DNA of 64,000 nt from Arenicellales bacterium (lineage in GTDB: Bacteria > Pseudomonadota > Gammaproteobacteria > Arenicellales > JAHEKD01), in contig JANQSD010000019.1 in NCBI GenBank assembly GCA_028284225.1, positions 270,762 through 334,761 on the forward strand, read 5' to 3'. A model generated the notes under the pieces. That model worked only from the letters and a program-made list of their open reading frames with translations. It was not told the origin of the DNA and searched no databases. The translations under genes were made by a program, and so were the position numbers. How positions within the stretch are numbered: the first letter of the stretch is position 1; each line of letters opens with the position of its first letter. Shown in pieces: positions 19,247 through 28,572 of the stretch.

Positions 19247-20179
19247 TTAATAAATTGTGGCGTAACTAATGGTGTATATAAAGTAATCATCTCTATCACC
19301 ATCATTGAATGCAACGCTGCCGTTCTCAAGGTCGATAATAATATCTTTGATGTAATGTGAATCGATGTTTGTTCCGGCTTCATCCTTTACATATTTCAGT
19401 TTAAAACCTTTAAGCACAGCTCTATCACTTGTGCCGTCAGGTCGGGTGTAATTATGGCTGCCTTTAACTGCATTGCCTTCATTACTGACTTCAAAATGTG
19501 ATCCAGAGAAAAAGGCTTGGTTGATCCAGGCAATTTGAACAATGAACTTGAACTTCCATTTTTCTCCATGTTCATCTAATGATACTGTCAGTACGTTTTC
19601 GTCATCGATAAACGCTTCAATTTCTGATATTTCATGATCATTCATATCGCTACTGTCAAGCGACATACCTCTTAGAATTGGCACATAACCGGGCCTTGTG
19701 CCCAAGTGCATATAGCATTTATCGGTGCATTCACCGGCTTGTCGAACGATCAGTTCACTATCAACCGATGCCATGCTGGAAAAAGGTACAAAATCAAAAC
19801 CATAGACATACATGTCATCAACAATTCTGTCACGCATATTTACATAGACATGTTTATCGTTTTGCAAAAATGAAACAGAGCGAATTTTGTGTGAATCACC
19901 ACTACTGGTTCCAAGACTGTCTTGAGTACCCAAAAACGGAAAAACCGGGAAGGTGATGTCCTGCAGAAACTCTGCTAAAAATTCCAATTCATCTTGTACC
20001 TTTTCGCCTCCAAACGAAAGCATGATCTTGTTGATTCCATTGATGTTCTCGTAATTTTCGAATTCTTCAATATGCAGTTCTGCACCCAGGGCAGCACCGC
20101 CAATTTCAAATGCTTGTGCGCCGTTAGCTGCAACTAACCCCAATACAGCACCTGCAATATAGTTTTTAAAAGCTTTCAT
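19247..20179 (-). CDS. Secreted protein of unknown function
   Basis: Start placed at the ATG preceded by GGAGGA. Signal peptide 'MKAFKNYIAGAVLGLVAANGAQA/FE'. I recognise no family motif. Confidence 0.7.
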   Translation of the reverse strand: MKAFKNYIAGAVLGLVAANGAQAFEIGGAALGAELHIEEFENYENINGINKIMLSFGGEKVQDELEFLAEFLQDITFPVFPFLGTQDSLGTSSGDSHKIRSVSFLQNDKHVYVNMRDRIVDDMYVYGFDFVPFSSMASVDSELIVRQAGECTDKCYMHLGTRPGYVPILRGMSLDSSDMNDHEISEIEAFIDDENVLTVSLDEHGEKWKFKFIVQIAWINQAFFSGSHFEVSNEGNAVKGSHNYTRPDGTSDRAVLKGFKLKYVKDEAGTNIDSHYIKDIIIDLENGSVAFNDGDRDDYFIYTISYATIY

Positions 20180-20373
20180 GGTTTTATCCTCCAAAAGTTT
20201 TTGTATAGATGCAAATCAGTTTAGTAGATTGATTTTTTAACTGTTATTAACGGGTTCACGTTTTTTCTATGAAAAATTCACAGTTTTAGTGTGCAGATTT
20301 GCATAAAAACTGAATAACGATGTGCGCTATAGGGTAGGCTGATACAACCTATAGCCTTTGATTTAGGCTCTAA

Positions 20374-21990
20374 TTAGCTCTGATCGGCTAATTTTCTCAG
20401 TAAGTATTTTTGTGTTTTGCCTGTAGAGGTTTTATTAATTTCACCAAAAATCACTTTTTTAGGTGCTTTGAATTTGGCCATGTTCTCGCGGCAAAAATTA
20501 ATAATATCCTGCTCGGTCAATGTTGAGCCTGGCTCGGTAGTTACGAATGCACAAGGAACTTCGCCCCACTTCTCATCTTGTTTGGCGACAACCGCCGCAT
20601 CAATGACTTCAGGGTGCTGGAACAGTACATTTTCAATTTCAATAGTGCTGATGTTTTCTCCGCCGGAGATAATAATATCTTTCGAGCGGTCCTTGAGCTG
20701 TAAATAACCGTCTTCATGCATGACACCTAAGTCACCGGTTCGAAACCAGCCGCCCGTAAAGGCTTGCTCCGTAGCTGCATTGTCTTTGTAATAACCCATC
20801 ATCACAATATTGCCTTTCATGCAAACTTCGCCCAGCTCTTGTGCGTTTCTTGCTACCGGTTGCCCGGTGTCGGTATTGAGAATATCCAGATCAGTTAAAC
20901 CCGGGTATTTGACGCCTTGCCGGGATTTACGCTCAGCGATGTTATCGTCATCCAGGTTGTCCCAGTCTTGTTGCCATTCGCAAACAACGGCAGGTCCATA
21001 GACTTCTGTCAATCCATAAACGTGTGTGATATTAAACCCTTGTTGCTCAATTTTTCTTAATACAGAAACGGGGGGCGGCGCAGCAGCTGTCATGATGTCA
21101 ACCTCATGGTCGAGTTTGGCTCCTTCATCAATCAGCATATTCAGCACCACAGGTGCTCCACATAGATTAGTCACCCGGTGTTTGTTAATACAATCGAAAA
21201 TTGCCGGTGCTTCGACTTTGCGCAAGCATACATTAATACCCGCTAATGCCGCTATCGTCCACGGAAAGCACCAGCCATTGCAATGAAACATCGGCAGCGT
21301 CCAAAGATAGACAGGATTTTTGGGCATATGCCAGACTAAATGGTTGCCCAGTGCGTTCAGATAGGCGCCGCGATGGTGAGTCACTACGCCTTTGGGTTTG
21401 CCGGTTGTGCCTGAAGTATAAGAAAGACTGATTGGAAACCATTCATCATCTATATCCCAGTTAAGGTTTTTGTCGTTAACATCTCCCTGTTGCAAAAACG
21501 CTTCATAATTTAAGTCCGGGTCAGTTTCGGTTGGAAAATCCTCACAGTCTTCAATGTAAATAATGGGGATTTGATGCTTGCCCAGCTTAAATGCTTGTTT
21601 AACGACCGGCAGAAACTCAGTATCAACCAAAATCAGTTTTGAGTCGGAATGCTCAAGAATGTAACTAATTGACTGCGCGTCGAGTCTGGTATTGATGGTA
21701 TTAATAACCGCCTCAATCATTGGAATACCAAAATGGGCTTCGTACATGGCGGTGGTATTAGGCGCAATTATTGAAACGGTATCGCCTTTTTGAATGCCTT
21801 GCTTTAATAATGATGAGGCAAAAAGCTTGCAACGCTCAGATGTTTGTTTCCAGGAATAGGACTTTGTTTCAGTGATAATAGAGGTGTAGTGCGGAAAAGT
21901 CTGAGCTGTTCTTTGCAAAAAAGAAACAGGTGTCAAGGCGCGATAGTTAGTCTGGCACTTGTCTAAGCCCGAACTAAAATTTTCCAGCAC
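20374..21990 (-). CDS. Acyl-CoA synthetase (AMP-forming, ANL superfamily)
   Basis: 538 aa. AMP-binding motif 'YTSGTTGKPKGV', 'GYGLTE'-like 'VYGLTEV', 'TGDLG'. Confidence 0.9.
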   Translation of the reverse strand: MLENFSSGLDKCQTNYRALTPVSFLQRTAQTFPHYTSIITETKSYSWKQTSERCKLFASSLLKQGIQKGDTVSIIAPNTTAMYEAHFGIPMIEAVINTINTRLDAQSISYILEHSDSKLILVDTEFLPVVKQAFKLGKHQIPIIYIEDCEDFPTETDPDLNYEAFLQQGDVNDKNLNWDIDDEWFPISLSYTSGTTGKPKGVVTHHRGAYLNALGNHLVWHMPKNPVYLWTLPMFHCNGWCFPWTIAALAGINVCLRKVEAPAIFDCINKHRVTNLCGAPVVLNMLIDEGAKLDHEVDIMTAAAPPPVSVLRKIEQQGFNITHVYGLTEVYGPAVVCEWQQDWDNLDDDNIAERKSRQGVKYPGLTDLDILNTDTGQPVARNAQELGEVCMKGNIVMMGYYKDNAATEQAFTGGWFRTGDLGVMHEDGYLQLKDRSKDIIISGGENISTIEIENVLFQHPEVIDAAVVAKQDEKWGEVPCAFVTTEPGSTLTEQDIINFCRENMAKFKAPKKVIFGEINKTSTGKTQKYLLRKLADQS

Positions 21991-22014
21991 TACATGTGGC
22001 TCCTGTTAGCTAGG

Positions 22015-23445
22015 CTAACTTGCTTGTGATCCGGTAATCGCTTTAAGCTCCAGAAATTCGTGTAAACCCCAAACGCTTTTCTCACGGCCATTGCCGGATT
22101 GCTTGTATCCGCCAAAAGGTGTATTGGTGGTACCGCCTACATAATTGATGGCGACTTGCCCTGCACGGATTTGCCGTGCAACTTGTTTTGCGTGATCCAT
22201 GTCACCTGAGGAAACATAACCGGCCAGGCCATATTCAGTATCGTTGGCAATTTCAATGGCTTCTTCTTCACTGTTGTAAGCCAGGATACAAACCACAGGG
22301 CCGAAAATTTCCTCACGGGCGATGGTCATGTCGTTAGTGACATTAGCAAAAACAGTAGGCTTAACATAGTAACCGGTTTCAAGCCCTTGTGGTTTTTCCG
22401 GCCCTCCGGCAACCAGTGTTGCACCTTCATCAATACCTTGTTGGATCAAACCGGTAATTTTTTCGTATTGGAGCTCGCTGACTACAGGGCCGATTTCAGT
22501 GTCTTCTGAAGACGGATCGCCCACAGGGATTTTGTTAGCAGCTTCGCGGGCGGCTTCAATGGCCACATCCATTTGATCAGCCGGTACCAACATGCGGGTT
22601 GGTGCATTGCATGATTGACCGCTGTTGTCCATGACATAGTCAACACCGTCGGCTACTGCTTTAGCTACGTCTGAGTCACTTAGAATAATGTTGGCTGATT
22701 TGCCGCCTAATTCCTGGCCCACTCGTTTTACTGTATCAGCTGAGGCTTTGGCCACTGCGATACCGCCACGTGTCGAGCCGGTAAATGACATCATGTCGAT
22801 ATCAGGGTGTCGAGACATATGCTCACCTACATCGGGGCCGTTGCCGTTGATTAAATTGTAAACACCGGCGGGAACCCCCGCTTCATGCATAACCTCAGTC
22901 CAGACAATTCCGGTTATAGGTGAAATTTCGCTGGGTTTTAATACCATGGTACAACCTGCTGCCAAGGCTGGAGATACTTTGGCAGAGATTTGATTCAGCG
23001 GCCAGTTCCAGGGTGTAATTAGTCCACACACCCCAATCGGTTCATGACGTAGAATCATGTCATCCTTGATGGTTTCAAATTCGAAATTCTTTAATGCATT
23101 TAAAGTGCTTTTTATATGGCCTAGTCCTAGAGCAGCCTGAGCGCCGCGGGCGTGTTTAATCGGGGAGCCCATTTCCATCGAGGTAGCTTCAGCCAGATCG
23201 TCCCAGCGTTTTTTGTAAACGTTGATTACGTTTTCCATTAATTCAACGCGTTCGCTTACACTGAAGTTAGAGTAACTGATAAAAGCTTTACGGGCAGCAG
23301 CTACTGCAATATCAACATCAGCTTTTGAGCCCATGCTGATTGCGGCAAATGGTGCTTCTGTGGCCGGGTTGATGACTTGTAACTGCTTGGGGGTTGATGG
23401 ATTAACCCACTGGCCATCAATATAAAATTGTAGATATTGTTTCAT
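22015..23445 (-). CDS. NAD(P)-dependent aldehyde dehydrogenase
   Basis: 476 aa. 'FTGSTRGG', 'ELGGKSANIIL', 'NSGQSCNAPTR' (catalytic Cys), 'EEIFGPV'. Confidence 0.9.
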   Translation of the reverse strand: MKQYLQFYIDGQWVNPSTPKQLQVINPATEAPFAAISMGSKADVDIAVAAARKAFISYSNFSVSERVELMENVINVYKKRWDDLAEATSMEMGSPIKHARGAQAALGLGHIKSTLNALKNFEFETIKDDMILRHEPIGVCGLITPWNWPLNQISAKVSPALAAGCTMVLKPSEISPITGIVWTEVMHEAGVPAGVYNLINGNGPDVGEHMSRHPDIDMMSFTGSTRGGIAVAKASADTVKRVGQELGGKSANIILSDSDVAKAVADGVDYVMDNSGQSCNAPTRMLVPADQMDVAIEAAREAANKIPVGDPSSEDTEIGPVVSELQYEKITGLIQQGIDEGATLVAGGPEKPQGLETGYYVKPTVFANVTNDMTIAREEIFGPVVCILAYNSEEEAIEIANDTEYGLAGYVSSGDMDHAKQVARQIRAGQVAINYVGGTTNTPFGGYKQSGNGREKSVWGLHEFLELKAITGSQAS

Positions 23446-23532
23446 GACTTATCCTGTTCGGTCGCTATAGTGGTCTGTATTTCGACAATAGTAATTCTAA
23501 TCAACCTCTATTTACAATAGAATTCTCGTAAT

Positions 23533-24135
23533 ATGAAATCTCAAATTCATAAATTCAAAAACTGGATTTTTGACATGGACGGGACCTTGACCGTTGCTTG
23601 CCATGACTTCAATGCCATCCGTCGTCAGCTCGGCATGCCGGAAAACAAGCCTATACTTGAAGAAATCAAAAAATTACCGGTGGCCCAGGCTCAACAAGTC
23701 CACCAGCAGCTTTACGATATTGAGCTGGAGCTTGCTTATCAAGCACAACCACAGCCAGATGTAGAAAGATTATTGGGGATTCTGTCAGAGTCAGGCTATA
23801 ACCTGGGTATTCTTACCCGTAACAGTCTTGAAATAGCCTTCACAACCTTGAAAGCCTGCGGCTTGGTCGATTACTTTAAGCCACAGAATGTGCTTGGTCG
23901 CGAATGTTGTGCTCCCAAACCCGATCCAGAAGGGATTTTGAAATTAATCAGTCAGTGGGCGGTTGATCCAAGCGAAACGGTGATGGTCGGAGATTATTGG
24001 TTCGATCTAAAGAGTGGTTACACAGCAGGAACACATACGATTCATTTTGATGTTAATAGTTCGAATTTATGGCCCGATGTTACTCATTTTCGTATCAAGA
24101 GTTTCGCCGAGATAACTGACATTATCGTCAACTGA
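23533..24135 (+). CDS. HAD-superfamily hydrolase (phosphatase-like)
   Basis: 200 aa. Motif I 'IFDMDGTL', 'ILTRNS', 'MVGDYWFD'. Confidence 0.8.
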   Translation: MKSQIHKFKNWIFDMDGTLTVACHDFNAIRRQLGMPENKPILEEIKKLPVAQAQQVHQQLYDIELELAYQAQPQPDVERLLGILSESGYNLGILTRNSLEIAFTTLKACGLVDYFKPQNVLGRECCAPKPDPEGILKLISQWAVDPSETVMVGDYWFDLKSGYTAGTHTIHFDVNSSNLWPDVTHFRIKSFAEITDIIVN

Positions 24136-24582
24136 AATGCGGCCGTTATGAATAACTTTGGCAGTAATGCCGCCATGTCCACGCACAGCGTTATAACCCC
24201 CGGGACCCAAAGTTTGCTCCATAAAGGAGCAAGGGTGGCATAAACCGGTCATTTGCAATTTAGTCTCGCCAATGCAAAACGATTTGTCCTTGAGGGCGAG
24301 CAGATTGATACCGCTGACAACAATATTGCGGCGTAATAATTCGGGTTTGATGATATCAACGCCTAAGCAGCTGGCAATCACTGGCAAATGCTCAGCCTGA
24401 ATTAAAGTCACTTGGCGGTTGCCGCTACGACCGCTGTAGCGATCACCGGTTAATCCATTTTCGGTATTAGCTTCAACGCTTCGAACAATTTGCATATCAG
24501 CTTTTTTAGTTGGGCGTAAGCCTATCCAGACGACTTTGCCTATTTGGGGTAGGGTCTTCAATAAGTTTTGAATAGTGCTCAT
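24067..24582 (-). CDS. MOSC domain-containing protein
   Basis: 171 aa. 'GLTGDRY...RQVTLIQAEH' and 'LCHPCSFME' (conserved MOSC Cys). The 3' end overlaps the HAD gene by 69 nt. Confidence 0.8.
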   Translation of the reverse strand: MSTIQNLLKTLPQIGKVVWIGLRPTKKADMQIVRSVEANTENGLTGDRYSGRSGNRQVTLIQAEHLPVIASCLGVDIIKPELLRRNIVVSGINLLALKDKSFCIGETKLQMTGLCHPCSFMEQTLGPGGYNAVRGHGGITAKVIHNGRISVDDNVSYLGETLDTKMSNIGP

Positions 24583-24639
24583 TGTTAGATTTTACAATGT
24601 GCATTTACTAGAGAACAATTTTCTGAAATTATTCCAGGG

Positions 24640-24960
24640 CGTTATTACAAGTAAGTCTGGAATTTTTGTAAGAAGATCCCGGCACAAGGCCGGGAAATAT
24701 CAATGCTGTTAGAAGGCCCGGCATAAAGCCAGGATATGTTAATGCTTTTAGAAGGCTAGGCACAGAGCCAGGAAAAGTTCTTTCTTTAAAAAATTTATTT
24801 GTCATCCCGGACTCCGGTCCGGGATCTCCCAATGACTGCTCGGGCTTTGTGTGAGTGTATTTTCGGTTGAATCTGCTACTAGCTCCCGGAAGATACTGGC
24901 TTTCGCCGGTATGACGTATATTTCCCGTCTCTTAAAAAAGTCCCGGCACAGGGCCGGGAA
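24640..24960. repeat. Cluster of short hairpin repeats (CCCGGCACAAGGCCGGGAA-type, plus a family-A variant at 24801-24829)
   Basis: Repeated units 'cccggcacaaggccggga', 'ggcccggcataaagccagga', 'ggctaggcacagagccagga', 'GTCATCCCGGACTCCGGTCCGGGATCTCC', 'tcccggcacagggccggga'. Confidence 0.75.
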
Positions 24961-25025
24961 CAACATTATCCCCTTTAATATTAGGAGAGTGTAGTCTTGG
25001 GTAGACTAAGAAAACATTTCAGACG

Positions 25026-27488
25026 CTAGGCTGCTTCAGAAGTAACTAATGGAGCAGACTGTTGACCCTTGGCTATTTCGCTAGTCTCAAAATGATCAAC
25101 GTGAATCACTTCCATAAGCTCGGCATCAAATTCGAATAACTGTCGGGCTTCATCTTCAGTGATTACGCCAGCCTGTTGAGCCAGTTCTATTTGTGCTTTA
25201 CCTAATGCCTTTTCTAACTTATCGGCTTTGATTGCGTCTCTGATTTTTTTGTGAATAGGAGCCAGCTCCAGGCTTTGCATGAATACTGAATTGACATGAC
25301 CGACTGGATTAGTTGGCAGGTTTTCACTGAATGTGCCTTGTAGCAAACGTTCACGTGTTTGCGTTGCTGTTGTAAATAACTTAACTAACTGCTTATCCTG
25401 GTAATCCTTTGGCATATCAAATCGAGCGCCCAAAGGGAAAATAATGAATCGCATTTTCATTGCCAATAATTTACTGGGATAGTTTTGCAGAATTTCCTGC
25501 ATGGCGATTTGATATTGATGGGTCAAATAATTCATGGTCCATTCAACTAAAGGATATTCCTCTTCAGGGCAACCTTCAGACTCATAGTGCTTTAACACCA
25601 TGCTGGCCAGATAAAGGTAGCTTAATAAGTCACCTAAACGGGCTGACAGCATTTCTTTAAATTTGAGTTTGGATTGCAATGTCAGCATAGAAACATCGGC
25701 AATTAATGCAAATGCAGCACTTAAGCGATTTAAGTCGCGGTAGTGCTTGGTTAATTTGGCATTTCCGGTAGTATTGGTAAAGCGGCCACCAGTCACACCT
25801 AATACAAGTGAGCGGACTGCATTGGAAATTGAAAAACCCACATGTCCAAAGAAAACTTTGTCGAATTCAGATACTGTTGAATCATTAGTTTCCTGACTGG
25901 CCAGTTCCATTTCTTTTAACACATATGGATGACTGCGAGTCGCACCCTGACCGAATATCATCAGATTGCGGGTCATGATATTTGCGCCTTCCACAGTGAT
26001 CGCCACAGGAATAGAACTATAGGCATCAGCAATATAATTTTTGGGGCCAAGCATCACCGCTTTACCGCCGTGAATGTCCATCGCATCTAATGCAATTTGG
26101 CGCCCCATTTCCGTCAGGTGATATTTAAGAATAGCAGACGGTACACTGGGTTTTTCGCCGTAGGATAACGATTGGGCAGTGTGTAAACGTGCCGCGTTCA
26201 TGATGTAAGTCAGGCCGATAATTCGTGCCAGCGGCTTTTGTACACCTTCAAACATGGCAATGGGCAAGCCGAATTGCTGGCGTACTGCACTATAGGCAGA
26301 GGTGCCCATGAGCATGTGTTTGGCCAATGAATTTGAAATACTGGGTAGCGTAATACAACGCCCAACAGATAAACAATTCACCAGCATCGTCCAGCCTTTG
26401 CCGGCCATTTCCGGGCCACCGATAATATAATCAAGTGGTACAAATACATTTTCCCCCTCAATTGGACCGTTTAAGAACGGATCACCGATTGGACGATGAC
26501 GGCGTCCAATGTTTATGCCTTTAGTTTCACGCGGAATCAGAGCGCAAGTAATACCGTAATCATCAACGTCTCCCAACAAGTGATCAGGATCTTCGAGCCT
26601 AAATGCTAGGCCGATCAAAGTAGCAACAGGTGCCAAAGTGATATAGCGCTTTTTGAAATTAAGTTTAATGCCCAAAACTTCCTTGCCTTCGAATTCACCT
26701 TTGCAAATCACGCCGGTGTCAGGCAATGATGTTGCGTCCGAGCCAGCTAAAGGGCCGGTTAATGCAAAGCAGGGCACGTCAATACCTTTGGCCAGACGCG
26801 GCAGATAGTAATTCTTTTGTTCTTCGGTGCCGTATTTGATCAGTAGTTCACCGGGGCCAAGTGAGTTCGGTACGGTAATGTAATTAGCAATACAACCGCC
26901 CGTTGAACCTAATAAGCTGATGATCTCCGTTTGTGCCATGCCGGAAAAGTCCAGGCCGCCATATTCTTTAGGAATAATCATCCCTAAAAAGCCATTGTCT
27001 TTAATGAATTTCTCAACCTCAGCCGGGATCATGGTTGTGTTGTGATTGACGTCCCAGTTATCAACCATGGCACAGAGTTCTTTAACGGGTCCATCAATAA
27101 AAGCTTGCTCTTCTTCCGTGAAAGCAGGTTTGGGCATGGAAAGCAGTTTGTTCCATTCAGGTTTGCCACTGAATAGTTCGCCGTCCCACCACACTGTTCC
27201 GGCATCAATGGCTTCTTGCTCAGTTTGGGAAATTTCAGGTAGAACATTTTTAAACCAGGCAAAAATAGGTTTGCTTAGATGCTTTTCTCTTAAGCTATCC
27301 ATTGATAGCACGCCTATAGCAGCGGCTGCAATGATCAGTAAAAATGAAAGAATTCCACTCGCACCTGCGATCAACGAGAATAAGGCTGTTGCTGCCATGG
27401 CAATAGCCGAAGTGCGCAGGGACATTTGCTTAAAGCTAAGTGTAAAAAACACGGCTAAAGCAATCAATAAAACGATAAATGTAGTCAT
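25026..27488 (-). CDS. fadE: Acyl-CoA dehydrogenase, long FadE type
   Basis: 820 aa. N-terminal membrane-associated segment, then acyl-CoA dehydrogenase core. Length and architecture match E. coli FadE. Confidence 0.9.
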   Translation of the reverse strand: MTTFIVLLIALAVFFTLSFKQMSLRTSAIAMAATALFSLIAGASGILSFLLIIAAAAIGVLSMDSLREKHLSKPIFAWFKNVLPEISQTEQEAIDAGTVWWDGELFSGKPEWNKLLSMPKPAFTEEEQAFIDGPVKELCAMVDNWDVNHNTTMIPAEVEKFIKDNGFLGMIIPKEYGGLDFSGMAQTEIISLLGSTGGCIANYITVPNSLGPGELLIKYGTEEQKNYYLPRLAKGIDVPCFALTGPLAGSDATSLPDTGVICKGEFEGKEVLGIKLNFKKRYITLAPVATLIGLAFRLEDPDHLLGDVDDYGITCALIPRETKGINIGRRHRPIGDPFLNGPIEGENVFVPLDYIIGGPEMAGKGWTMLVNCLSVGRCITLPSISNSLAKHMLMGTSAYSAVRQQFGLPIAMFEGVQKPLARIIGLTYIMNAARLHTAQSLSYGEKPSVPSAILKYHLTEMGRQIALDAMDIHGGKAVMLGPKNYIADAYSSIPVAITVEGANIMTRNLMIFGQGATRSHPYVLKEMELASQETNDSTVSEFDKVFFGHVGFSISNAVRSLVLGVTGGRFTNTTGNAKLTKHYRDLNRLSAAFALIADVSMLTLQSKLKFKEMLSARLGDLLSYLYLASMVLKHYESEGCPEEEYPLVEWTMNYLTHQYQIAMQEILQNYPSKLLAMKMRFIIFPLGARFDMPKDYQDKQLVKLFTTATQTRERLLQGTFSENLPTNPVGHVNSVFMQSLELAPIHKKIRDAIKADKLEKALGKAQIELAQQAGVITEDEARQLFEFDAELMEVIHVDHFETSEIAKGQQSAPLVTSEAA

Positions 27489-27540
27489 TTCTGTTTCCTG
27501 GTCGTGACCTTTAAGAATAATTGCATTTTTTAAAAAATAA

Positions 27541-27554
27541 AACGAGCGTTCGTT
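27541..27554. promoter_or_regulatory. Small palindrome AACGA-N4-TCGTT in the fadE/tetR divergent region (candidate operator)
   Basis: Seen directly. 5-bp arms only, so it is weak. Confidence 0.25.
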
Positions 27555-27615
27555 CTTTTTTTATGTTAATCTATTTCCACTTTCATAGCAAGTTAAAAAT
27601 TTAAAGCTTAAACAT

Positions 27616-28347
27616 ATGACAGCGCTGGCGGCAAAAGTTGCAGATTTCCCAGATATTTCCTGTTTTGACTCCTATCAAAAAGCTTTTCCTTATAAAGGCG
27701 AGAAACTATTTGAAAAGATCTACGAGCAAAACAAAGATGATATAAAAATCAAAAAAAGCCATGTTGCTGTTGCTAATTTGAAAAAGATTTTTAAGGCTGC
27801 GTTTAAGCTTTCATCGCAAATCGGATTTCACGAAATGTCGGTGCGTGATCTCTCCAATTCGACCGGGGTGAGTATGGGCAGTATTTATTCCTGTATCTCG
27901 AAAAAAGAGAATATTGCAGTGATCGTCAAGAATCTGGTTAGCGAGGTATCCGAGCAATATATGCAACTAGGACGTCAACAAAATGATGCCTGGTCTAAAC
28001 TGGAAATGACTATTCGTTTGCAGTTTTACAATAGCTGTATCCTGCAACCATGGTTGTTCTTTTTGTATTTTGAGACACGTAGTTTGCCTGAGAAGCATCA
28101 GGCGGACTCAAAGCAGATTGAACTTAATACCATCGCAAATTACAAAGCTATTATTGATGAAGGTGTCGCTAACGGTGCTTTCCAAACCCAGCAATCTTCA
28201 TTTGTTGCGCATAATATTTTAGTATTGATTCAGGACTGGTATTTAAAGCCCTGGAAAAACAAACAGCAGCAGATTGATCGAGAACAATATCTACATGATG
28301 TATTGCTAATGGTTAAGACATCATTAGCAATAAAACAGTCAGCTTGA
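27616..28347 (+). CDS. TetR/AcrR-family transcriptional regulator (likely fatty-acid degradation regulator)
   Basis: 243 aa. N-terminal HTH region 'FHEMSVRDLSNSTGVSMGSIYSCI'. It lies between fadE and fadD. Confidence 0.8.
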   Translation: MTALAAKVADFPDISCFDSYQKAFPYKGEKLFEKIYEQNKDDIKIKKSHVAVANLKKIFKAAFKLSSQIGFHEMSVRDLSNSTGVSMGSIYSCISKKENIAVIVKNLVSEVSEQYMQLGRQQNDAWSKLEMTIRLQFYNSCILQPWLFFLYFETRSLPEKHQADSKQIELNTIANYKAIIDEGVANGAFQTQQSSFVAHNILVLIQDWYLKPWKNKQQQIDREQYLHDVLLMVKTSLAIKQSA

Positions 28348-28353
28348 AATTTT

Positions 28354-28531
28354 AACCCGGAACATGCAATAGGAATCGTTATGAGAGGAAAAAATGCAAT
28401 AATATCAAGTACTCCCGCAATTAATTTGGACGATGCCATAGTTGTCCTATGGTGAGATCAAATTCATGAGGACGTGCTTGAGATTGAAGCAGTTTTTTAT
28501 CGCAATAGATTGCTATTGCATGTTCCGGGTT
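28354..28531. repeat. Perfect 19-bp inverted repeat pair flanking 140 bp, containing three copies of GCAATAG/CTATTGC
   Basis: AACCCGGAACATGCAATAG (28354-28372) is exactly complementary to CTATTGCATGTTCCGGGTT (28513-28531). A local palindrome GCAATAG-ATTG-CTATTGC sits at 28502-28519. Confidence 0.8.
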
Positions 28532-28572
28532 TATACAATGTACGAGTCAGACAGAGTTAACGAGGTAATAAA

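Noticed and set aside
19188-20375. 11-bp direct repeat TAGGCTCTAAT on both sides of the secreted-protein gene, which might be target-site duplications of an inserted cassette.
   Set aside because: My rough estimate is that hundreds of 11-mer coincidences are expected by chance in 64 kb. The left copy is part of the 19052-19198 inverted repeat.
24629-24832. 67-aa ORF in the intergenic region downstream of fadE. A similar case is the 89-aa ORF at 30173-30442.
   Set aside because: Both are built almost entirely from REP-like repeat units ('PGLVPG', 'SELAEESL'-type translations), so they are classic repeat-derived artefacts.
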